From Azolla caroliniana (Eukaryota > Plantae > Polypodiophyta), in contig JBHGNT010000015.1 of assembly GCA_043228905.1 (NCBI GenBank), forward strand, positions 15,252,001-15,316,000: 64,000 nt of DNA. The letters are read 5' to 3'. Both the position numbers and the translations under genes were made by a program. Below the pieces are notes generated by a model. That model did no database searches. It saw only the letters and a program-made list of their open reading frames with translations, and was not told the origin of the DNA. This document shows positions 42,601-52,218 of this stretch, one piece after another. Each line of letters starts with the position of its first letter. Within the stretch, counting starts at the first letter, position 1.

Positions 42601-44554
42601 ACTATATGTAGAGGCTGAAGAGCGAGCGCAGATGGAACGGTTGCTAGTCACAACCGATGAACTAGAGACGGCCCGATCAAGGATCCGGTACCTTGAACAA
42701 GACTTGGATCGGGTCACAGAAGACATGGCCAAAATGGCCTTAACCGCAATACAGATCCAAGCACCGGTGACTTCGGTGGATGTACAGAATAAAGAAACAA
42801 CCACGCTTGTACATACGAATAAGACCCCAGAGACAGAAACCGTCCCGGAGAAAGATGCGATGCAAGCCCAAGAGCTTGCCGAATTAAGGGACGAACTTGC
42901 CGCACAAGAAGCACAACGGAGCTGCGAACGAGATTTGAAGAAAGCGGCAAAAGAGGAGTTAAGGAATATGGCTGAAAACCTCCGCCAGGCAGAAGAAAAT
43001 CTGCGGAAAGGGCATCAAGCTTACGACTGACTAAAGGAGGAAAAAGAAAAATTGCTGCAGGAGAAGGACAAGCTGCAACGGATGGCGGAAACGGAAATCG
43101 AAAGGCTGAAAGAAGAACTCCGTCAACAAAAGGACCGGGAAGACCACGCTTGACGGCAAATCAACCAGAGGCTGAAGCAGAAGACGGAGGACTTCGACCA
43201 CCTGCATCGGAACTTTAAGAGCTTGGACACGGAGTATAAGCAACAACAGGAAAGGATGGCCGAGCTCCGGCAAGAAGTTGATAGGGCCACAACGGCACTC
43301 ACCGACGAACGGGTTGAGAATACAAAGCTATTGGAGGAAGCGGCGAGGGACCAGATGGAGCTCCACAAGCAGCACAATGAAGAAAAGGAAAGGGCAACAA
43401 TGGTGTTACAGAGGTTGCAAACAACCTATCAAATTCAATTGTCGCATTATAGGGAGCAGGAGGCAGACACGGTTAGAATCATCAAGCAATTGAAAGAGGA
43501 GCAACAAGCCGCGAAGAACAAATCACAGATGGGAATGGAACAGACAAACAAGATCAAACGCTTGATTGACGAGAGCTCTGTGCGATGGTGGACGAAATGG
43601 GCGCAGAATACGACTGAACTCCAGTTGCTCAGGGCAGACGCCGAAAACCGGCGGAAGGAAGGTGACGACTGTTACATGCTCACATCGGAGGACTTCACTG
43701 CCATAAAGGATGAGATGGCAGAAGATTTCACAGCTCTTGCGGATGAGAAATTGGTGCAGGTCTGGCAACTCATAGCTCAACTGGACGACGATCAGATGGA
43801 TGCTCAAATCTAGTTTGAGAGCTATGAGCGGTCCCGGCTTAGGGAAGAAAAAGCAAGGCAAGCGGCAACGGTCAACCTCAGTGATGAGGAACTATCGCTA
43901 GTACAAGGACTAGATGGAGACCAGGCTGGGGTAAGTCAACCAGAGACAACTCTGGCGGAGGAAACAACGAAGGAAACATCGGTGCCAGAGCAACCATCGG
44001 AGCCACAATCGGAGAAGCAACCCCAGCCACAATCGGAGCAGCCGCATCAGCAGCAATAGCAGCCACAATAGATTCCCGTAGAACCACTGGAGACCCTGGA
44101 GCAAAGCATCCTGGATATCTTGAACGAAGAGTAAGGGGCCGGTGTGGGAATCGACGTACAAGGTACTGTCCCACGGGCGTGCCATGTGTTACCCGGCCGA
44201 CAAAGACCAGGGTGTGAAAAGGGGAATGGTTATCTAGGAATCTGTTGAAATTACTAGTCTTAATATATAGATTAATATATGAGAAGATGTGGACGGACAG
44301 GCCAGAATCGGTATGCCGATCCGGATCCGGACCGATCCTGAAAAGGTGCCGGTTGGCACTGTTTCGTACTTCGCACCGGTGACCTATATAAAGGCCTGGT
44401 TATAATGTAGTCATTAACGGAGAGTAATATAAACCTGTTGTTTAATCATTGAGTATTGTTCACCGTTCTGTGCTTATTGTATATCTTACGCGTGTTAATG
44501 ATGTATTGCTAAGTAACCGATTAAGGTCCAATTAAGCGTTGTGTCATAAGTTAT
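36620..44554 (+). mobile_element. Gypsy element G (non-chromovirus type): LTRs 36620-36999 and 44187-44554 (latter cut by H), PR-RT-RH-INT plus an extra 3' ORF
   Basis: LTR bounded by tgttac...gtaaca. Protease VIDGGSGVN, RT FLDGFSGYNQI/FLDD, RNase H VYYASRKLSQAERNYST, integrase [18 protein letters not shown]. Many in-frame stops, and most of gag is missing. Confidence 0.92.
41479..44100 (+). pseudogene. Disrupted extra ORF of element G (mobile-domain-like N-terminus plus long coiled coil)
   Basis: Collinear fragments 41479-42003, 42010-42291, 42383-43030 and 43223-43813 between integrase and the 3' LTR. Motifs ITKEEIRALTGLPEGG and EGVKVDWPVLIADEL, then E/Q/K-rich heptads. Confidence 0.7.
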
Positions 44555-45192
44555 TGTTACCTCGTACGAGATGTACGGAGAGTCAATGTGATGAGCGAGG
44601 GTCAAATGGTATCATGATGATTGTTGTGTGTGTGTAGGGGGCATAAATGTAATTGTGAGTCAATACGTATGTGAACACATGCACACGTGTGTGCATGTGG
44701 ATGGATACGAGGAGGTGTGAGTGAGTGTCCAATATGACAGGAACTCAAACGCTCCTTATGCACAACGCTCGGCCACAACCGAGCTTAGAATCATACACAG
44801 AAAACGGGAAATAAAACACGACATGAAGAAGAAACGAGTACACAGGATGTTTACGTGGAAAACCCAAAGAGGGAAAAACCACGACATCCCACAAGCTGCA
44901 AACTATCACTATGCTAGAATGTACAATAGTGAGTTCACGGAGGCAACGACCTCGTGCTCACGATCCTCGCCACAAGCGGCGGTTACAACAGAGGCAACGA
45001 CCTCTTTCTCTCTCTCTCTCTGTACACTGTTACGCGCTCTCTCTATTCTTGCACTAACAAGAATGACAACAACTACAAGTTTGCCCTAAGTCATATTTAT
45101 ACTAATATGACTTTTCGGCTATTTACAAATATAGCCTCGATGGACTCTCAGAAACATATTTACGAATATGTCTCTTCATTCGGTGAGCATTC

Positions 45193-45460
45193 CTCACCGG
45201 GTTTGCACCATCCGGCTCTCCGTAGCCGGGTACTCCTCATCCGGTTCTCACCGGGTCTGCACCATCCGGCTCTCCGTAGCCGGGTACTCCTCATCCGGTT
45301 CTCACCGGCTCTGCACCATCCGGCTCTCCGTAGCCGGGTACTCCTCATCCGGTCTTCACCGGGTCTGCACCATCCGGCACTCTGTAGCCGGGTACTCCTC
45401 ATCCGGTCTTCACCGGGTCTGCACCATCCGACTCTCCGTAGCCTGGTACTCATCCGGTTT
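45193..45460. repeat. 54-bp tandem repeat (~5 copies) in U3 of the I LTR; also at ~62171-62430
   Basis: ctcaccgggtctgcaccatccggctctccgtagccgggtactcctcatccggtt at 45193, 45247, 45301, 45355 and 45409. Confidence 0.9.
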
Positions 45461-46938
45461 CGGCCTCGGCTTCCCAGCACTATTCTTCTCCCTTCCCATC
45501 CGGAGGGACCTGTCTCCCAACATACTCCCCCTTCACTCTGGCATGGGGTGTCTTACTAGTCCGATTCTCTTCCGGCATGCATCCAGCTTGTCGGGTATCA
45601 AAACTTGTCGGGCTCCATGCATCCAGCTTGTCGAGCATGCATTTAGCATATCTGACCCGTTCTCGCCCGTGTGGATCTTCGTCAGTGCGAACTCCTGGTC
45701 ATCTACTCTTTCTCGGATCAAGTGATATCTTCGCTGGATATGCTTCGTTCGGGAATGGTAGGCTGCATTCTTAGCAAGGTGGATGGCACTTTGACTGTCA
45801 CAATAGAGTCAGTATTCATCTTGCCGGATACCGAGCTCTCTGATGAAGTCCTTCATCCATAATATTTCCTTGCCGGCTTCCACAGCTGCCATGTACTACG
45901 CCTCCGTGGTTGACAATGCAACCGTCTTCTGTAGTCTCGACTGCCACGAAACAACTCCCCCTGCATATGTCATTACGTACCCGGATGTAGACCGGCTGGT
46001 ATCCACATCAGCCGACATGTCCGAATCGGTGTAACCATCAAGTTGAGGTTTTCCGGAGCCGAATCAGAGACACATATTTGAGGTGCCCTTCAAGTACCGG
46101 AGTATCCATTTGACCGCGTTCCAGTGCTCCTTGCCGGGATTGCTCATAAACCGGCTCACCACTCCGACCGCGTATCCTATATCTGGTCGGGTACACACCA
46201 TTGCGTACATCAAGCTCCCGACGGCAGAGGCATATGGAATCTTCATCATATCCGCCTTCTCTGCTTTCGTCTTCGGGCTTTGCTTACCGGATAACCTGCA
46301 GTTTGCCGGAAGTGTCGATCCGACCGGTTTCGCATCTGACATGTTGAACCGGTGTAGCACCTTTGTCATGTACTTCTCCTGTGACAGCCATAATTGCTTC
46401 GCTGACCGGTTCCGGATAATATGCATTCCCAGCATCTGTCTTGCCGGACCCAAGTATTTCATTGAGAAGGTTCGGTTGAGAGCCTTCTTCAACATCCGTA
46501 TTTTGACTTGGTCCCGTCCGACGATCAACATGTCATCCACGTACAGAAGGAGTATCAGGAAGACGCCTCCTTCGAACTTCTTCACAAACACGCAGTGATC
46601 GGCCTACATCTTGTGGTACCCTTGATCGGTCATGAAGGAATCGAACTTCCGGTACCATTGTCGGGGAGCCTGCTTTAGTCCATACAGGCTCTTCTTCAGC
46701 CGGCATACTAGGTGCTCCTTCCCTTTCTCCACAAATCCCTCAGGTTGCTACATGTAGATCTCCTCTTCGAGGTCACCGTGAAGAAATGTCGTCTTCACGT
46801 CTAGCTGCTCTACCTCGAGGTCCATGCTTGCCGCTGTCATGAACAGTACTGAGACAGAGAAGGAATTAATACTAAACGAAGGATTAGTACTATGAGAGGT
46901 GTGGAACTTCTTCGAGAGAAGGAAGAAGTGAGCGAGAC

Positions 46939-46979
<41 letters not shown>

Positions 46980-47266
46980 TGATAAGAAAGATATTTATTA
47001 TATGAAGAGAATATACAACGGTGGCTAAAAGGCTTAAGACTGGCGTTGAACCAATTTGGTTCAACATAATGCCTAGTGCCCTCTTTTATAGTGTTTTCAG
47101 GAGTAATCCTGAAGCTTCTAGAATGTTCCAGAGAAATCTGGAATATACACTAATTTCCTATAATAAAATGTAAATGAAAATAATATCCTACGTATTACAA
47201 TAGATGTTCTAATGGTCAAGAGCTCGACCCATATAACCTAAGGTCATGGGTTCGAGTCTTGCCATA

Positions 47267-50200
47267 TCATGACACTATCCCCCCTTTAAAACGACGAGTG
47301 TCACGAGTCGTCTTGGATTGAGGACTCGGTTTGTGTGGATATTGACGATGGAAGTCTTCAAGAAGAGCACGAGCATTGGTTACATTCTCGATCGGTTCCC
47401 AAGTACGTTCGCTGGGACTATAGCCTAGCCAATCGACTAGATAGTAGAGCTTGTTGCGAACAATCTTGGAATCAAGAATGGCGGCAACCTCGTACTCCGG
47501 CCCATCTTCAAGCTCGATCGGGGGTGGAGGTTGGATAAGACGTTCTGGGATGGTGCTCTCGTGGTAGGGTTCGAAGAGAGAACTATGAAACACCGGATGT
47601 ATCCGAAGTTGAGGAGGTAGATCGAGACGAAAAGCAACATCATTAATCTTTCCAATAATACGGAAAGGACCTAATCGCCGATAATCCAACTTCTCACATG
47701 GGCGAGTAGTCTTGATGTGTCGTCGTAGCAACCACACCCGATCTCCAATATTAAAACTAGATGGAAGTCGATGACGATCCGCGTAGACCTTGTGTGTTTG
47801 TTGAGCTTGCTGGAGATGAGTAGATAAATCCGCTTGTATCTTGCGTAACCGCTCCAAATGATCCTCCGCGCACGGATTTGTGGACACCTCTGGGGTTTCA
47901 AGTACACTCCACCGGGGGTGACATCCCGTATAAGCATAAAATGGCGTAACTTTAGTGGATGCGTGGATAGAGTTGTTATAGGCAAATTCGGCGAAGTGGA
48001 GAATATCTGTCCAGTCGTCCTGATGATAGCTGAGAAAGCACCGCAGATACTGCTCCAACGTTTGATTTGTTCGTTCAGCTTGGCCGTCAGTTTGTGGGTG
48101 GTAGCCGGAAGAGAGGTTACAAGTGACCTTGAGCATGTTAAAAAGGTGCTTCCAGAATTTTGACACGAACTGGGGTCCACGGTCGCTGATGATACTATCG
48201 GGGAGTCCATGATGCCGACATACTTCACGCATGACAATTTCGGCAGTGTCTTCACTGGAGATCTCCTTAGTACATGGCAAGAAATGAGCCATCTTCGTAT
48301 ATCGATCGACCACTGTTAGAATCGCATTGAACCCCTTAGAGACTGGAAGATCTGTGATGAAGTCTAGAGCAATGGATTGCCACGGCTTGCTTGGAATTGA
48401 TAATGGTTCTAATAAACCATATGGATGATGCCTTGGCATTTTCGCTCTGCAACATGTATCACAAGTCCGAACAAAATCCTCGACAAATTGTCGCATACAG
48501 GGCCACCAGAATGATCGTTGTACTAAATGTAATGTTTTAGTACTCCCAAAATGCCCAGTTGTATATGTGTCATGACAGTTTTGTATTACTCGAAGGCGGC
48601 AAGAACCATTAGGGACATACAAAAGTTCTTTAAAGAAGAGTAATCCATCATGGTATTTGAATTGCCGATAGTCCGTACCTGATGGTTGCGACTGTGAACA
48701 CGACGCTCGAGAGGGATCAATTTGTGCTAGTATAGCTTGGGCGAACGCATCTGTCTTCAAGTCTTCACGTATGGTATCGATAACGCGGGAATCCATAGGC
48801 ATGTCAAAGATTTGTGTTGCTTGTAATCGTGCCGGTCCCAAGATGACTTGTTTTTGGTTATCGAAAGCTGGCTCGCCGGGACGGGGTGCTAGATACGAAC
48901 GCCGTGATAATGCATCTGCCTTCCCTTGGTGCCTCCCCGGACGATATGTAATTTTGAAGTCGAAACGCGTGAGGAAGTGGGCCCACCGAGCTTGACGTCG
49001 ATTCAACACACGAGCATCCTGAAAGTAGGCAAGATTCTTGTGGTCACTAAATACGGTGACTGGATGAGAGGATCCCTCCAGAAAATGCCTCCATTGCATA
49101 AAAGAATCCACTATTGCCAATAGCTCCTTATCATGGATTTCGTAGTTGATTTCGGCGGCATCAAACTTGCGTGAGTGAAAAGCCACAGGATGTAGCTTTT
49201 CATCATTCCCCTGTTGTGACAGAATGCTCCCCAATGCAAAATCCGATGCGTCAGCTTCGATAATGAATGGTTTCTCCGGATCGACATGAGCTAGAATTGG
49301 AGCCGATGTAAATGCTTTTTTAAGACTCTCGAAAGCCATGTCCGTTTCTTCAGACCAGGTGAACGGTTGTCCCTTCCTGGTAAGTTGTGTGAGAGGTAGA
49401 ACGATCTTTGAGTAATCCTGTATGAACTTCCGGTAAAAATTGGCAAAGCCTAAGAAGCATTGCACATCCCGTACCGAACGCGGAGTCTGCCATTCTACCA
49501 CCGTTCTGACCTTAGCTGGGTCCATGGAGATGCCTTCTGACGAAATGATGTAGCCGAGAAATTCCACTTGGTTGCACCCGAAACTACATTTTTCTAGCTT
49601 TGCATACAGACCATGTTCTCGAAGTCGTTTTAGTACTAATAGTACATGAGAATCATGTTCTTCTTGGGTCTTTGAATAAACCAGTAGATCATCCAAATAG
49701 ATGATCAAACAATCATCCAATAGATCTCGGAATATATCATTAGCCATGTGCTGGAAGACTGCCGGCGCATTAGTGAGGCCGAACGGCATGACAGTATACT
49801 CGAAGTGCCCATATCTGGTGCGAAACGCGGTCTTCCATTCGTCTCCTGGTCGGATCCGTACGAGGTTATATGCTCCCCGTAAGTCGATCTTCGTGAAGAA
49901 CCTGGCACCATTGATCCGTTCTAAAAGACTTGAGATAAGGGGAAGAGCATACCTATTCCTGATTGTAACCTTATTCAAGCCACGGTAATCTACAACGAGA
50001 CGAAGCGATCCATCTTTTTTCTTGACGAAGAAAATGGGCGCACCGGCTGGAGATTTCAAATGCCAAATGAAACCATTTTCCAAATTCTCCTCTATATAGG
50101 CCCGAAGGACTTCCAGCTCGGTTGGTGACAAATTGTAGATCGGTCCCCATGGCGGCTCTTTTCCCGGTTGTAAATCGATGGGGCAATCGTACGGTCGATG

Positions 50201-50878
50201 ATGAGGAAGTGTGTTGGCTTGTACTTTATCGAACACATCGGTGTAATGGCGATACTTCTCGGGAAGTTGAACGGTGGATTCTTCTTTAGTGGTGTTGGAG
50301 GGGTTTACTGATATTGCAAAGAGGAACATTTCCTCCTTGTGCCCTTCTTTACGCAACTGACGTAGCGAAATGGTTGCCATCTTCTGAGTTGACCCTTGGG
50401 TTTGTCGACACCGGATTTCTCTTGTTCTCCAATCTATGTCAGGGTTATGTAACTCGAACCATGGTAGTCCTAAAACTATAGGATTTTCTGGGATACTAAT
50501 AATATTAAATGATACTACACATACTAAGTTATCTAGGACAATATTAATGGGCTCTGACTCTTCTAGGATATTTCCGGAAGCAATGGGACGTCCATCAATG
50601 ACTACTACAGAGGCTGGACACTGGAGTTTTCTTAGGGATATCTTATGAGCTTGAGCAAATTTCTTATCCATAAAGCAAGAGTTAGCTCTGGAATCTAGGA
50701 GTGCTAGGACATGTACTGGAGGGGTACTTTTAGTACTAACTATTACTTGGGCTACGAACACATCACTAACTTGCTTAGCGGGAATGGAACCACTAATGGG
50801 CTGCACAGATCTAGGGCTATCCAACCAAACGGCTCCTATTTTGGCTGGACTTAGTCGTTTAACTCTTCTTCTAACTGA
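47267..50878 (-). CDS. J pol: PR-RT-RNase H-integrase-chromodomain
   Basis: Uninterrupted ORF of ~1200 aa: LLDSRA, YLDD, DASDFALG/HDKELLAI, HHCC, ISDRGPQF/YHPQTDGQAE, GPF, and EYEVAAILDSK...YLVDWLGY...TWEP. Confidence 0.95.
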   Translation of the reverse strand, partial: SVRRRVKRLSPAKIGAVWLDSPRSVQPISGSIPAKQVSDVFVAQVIVSTKSTPPVHVLALLDSRANSCFMDKKFAQAHKISLRKLQCPASVVVIDGRPIASGNILEESEPINIVLDNLVCVVSFNIISIPENPIVLGLPWFELHNPDIDWRTREIRCRQTQGSTQKMATISLRQLRKEGHKEEMFLFAISVNPSNTTKEESTVQLPEKYRHYTDVFDKVQANTLPHHRPYDCPIDLQPGKEPPWGPIYNLSPTELEVLRAYIEENLENGFIWHLKSPAGAPIFFVKKKDGSLRLVVDYRGLNKVTIRNRYALPLISSLLERINGARFFTKIDLRGAYNLVRIRPGDEWKTAFRTRYGHFEYTVMPFGLTNAPAVFQHMANDIFRDLLDDCLIIYLDDLLVYSKTQEEHDSHVLLVLKRLREHGLYAKLEKCSFGCNQVEFLGYIISSEGISMDPAKVRTVVEWQTPRSVRDVQCFLGFANFYRKFIQDYSKIVLPLTQLTRKGQPFTWSEETDMAFESLKKAFTSAPILAHVDPEKPFIIEADASDFALGSILSQQGNDEKLHPVAFHSRKFDAAEINYEIHDKELLAIVDSFMQWRHFLEGSSHPVTVFSDHKNLAYFQDARVLNRRQARWAHFLTRFDFKITYRPGRHQGKADALSRRSYLAPRPGEPAFDNQKQVILGPARLQATQIFDMPMDSRVIDTIREDLKTDAFAQAILAQIDPSRASCSQSQPSGTDYRQFKYHDGLLFFKELLYVPNGSCRLRVIQNCHDTYTTGHFGSTKTLHLVQRSFWWPCMRQFVEDFVRTCDTCCRAKMPRHHPYGLLEPLSIPSKPWQSIALDFITDLPVSKGFNAILTVVDRYTKMAHFLPCTKEISSEDTAEIVMREVCRHHGLPDSIISDRGPQFVSKFWKHLFNMLKVTCNLSSGYHPQTDGQAERTNQTLEQYLRCFLSYHQDDWTDILHFAEFAYNNSIHASTKVTPFYAYTGCHPRWSVLETPEVSTNPCAEDHLERLRKIQADLSTHLQQAQQTHKVYADRHRLPSSFNIGDRVWLLRRHIKTTRPCEKLDYRRLGPFRIIGKINDVAFRLDLPPQLRIHPVFHSSLFEPYHESTIPERLIQPPPPIELEDGPEYEVAAILDSKIVRNKLYYLVDWLGYSPSERTWEPIENVTNARALLEDFHRQYPHKPSPQSKTTRDTRRFKGGIVS

Positions 50879-52002
50879 CTAAGGACATCAAATTTGTTTG
50901 CTAGATCTGGGATATTAGTACTATTAGGACTATCAGATATCCCTACTGAAATAGGTTCGGATTTAGTACAATTAGAACTAGCGACTATTTGGTTTACCTG
51001 TCTTCTTGGCCTATGGGGGCAATTTATTGCGATATGTCCTGGTCCACCGCAGTAAAGACATAGTCGATTTGTACGGCGTCACTGCTTTTCTTCTTCGGAT
51101 AACGGCCCTCGACGACGTGTAGTGTCAATCTCCATCGGAGTCGGAGTATTCGCTGGAGACGCATTATATGACTCCCTTGGAAAAGGTCTTGTTACCACTG
51201 AGGCGTAGGTGGGCTCTGATCTTGCCCTTGGCATCTGTAGCTGTCGTTCCGAACGTCGCTCAAAGAGGCGGTTGTCACATCTCACCGCGCGACTGATTGC
51301 TTCTGTTAAGGACTTTGGCTCTTCGGGGAAGGTCAAGAGTAAATCCTTGACGTCGTTGCGTAAACCATAACGGAATTGCTCCATCAACGCTTGATCATCC
51401 CAAGGGATATCGGCGGCGAGTAGGCGAAAATCTGCAGCGTATGCGGAGGCTGGACGGTCACCTTGGCGTAATCGCCGGATTTTGTTGATTGCGGTCCTAA
51501 TGCTGTCAGTATCTCCGAAACATGCTTTAAACTCACCTAGAAACTCTTCAAAATTGTTGAGTAACGGAGATTCCTTTTCTAATAGTGGAGCGAACCATGA
51601 CAACGCTGAGCCACTTAACAAAGTGCCTACTAAACCCACTCGTGATGCATCGGTGGGATATCGGGAAGGATGCATTTGAATAACTAATCGTACCTGGTTA
51701 AGGAACCCTCTAAATTGCGATCGCGTTCCATCGAACTTCGTGGGAAGGCCAATCTTAGGTTCTTTATGAATCCCTTGTGTTCCGGGCCCATGTTGTTGCA
51801 TCGCTACGATGGTGGCTTCGAGTTGTTGCACGCGTAACGCAAGTTCCCCATGTTGTTGTTGTGTTTGCTGCTTTTCTAAGGAGATTTGCTGAAGATCCCC
51901 CAGCAACCGTTGGTTTTCTTGTTCCAAAGCATGGAACTTCTCCTTCAAGCATTGGAATTCCGAGAAAACAGAGTGATATTCTTCAGCGCTAACAGTGGCC
52001 AT
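50851..52002 (-). pseudogene. J gag (PEG10/sushi-like capsid plus zinc knuckle) with one premature stop
   Basis: PTKFDGTRSQFRGFL and PTPMEID. TGA at 51081-51079 (probably CGA>TGA), then in-frame RRTNRLCLYCGGPGHIAINC to TAA at 50853-50851. Confidence 0.88.
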
Positions 52003-52179
52003 GGGATGAAAGAAAAGAGGAATAAAAGATTAGTAGGAAATGAGAGAGACAGAAGGTAGGGAAATTGGTTCAAACTGTCATGAACAGTACTGAGACAGAG
52101 AAGGAATTAGTACTAAACGAAGGATTAGTACTATGAGAGGTGTGGAACTTCTTCGAGAGAAGGAAGAAGTGAGCGAGAC

Positions 52180-52218
<39 letters not shown>

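Noticed and set aside
44954-45725. Repetitive ORFs (PGLHHPALRSRVLLIR)n, also at 61905-62577
   Set aside because: By-product of the 54-bp LTR repeat, open in several frames, with no evidence of a gene.
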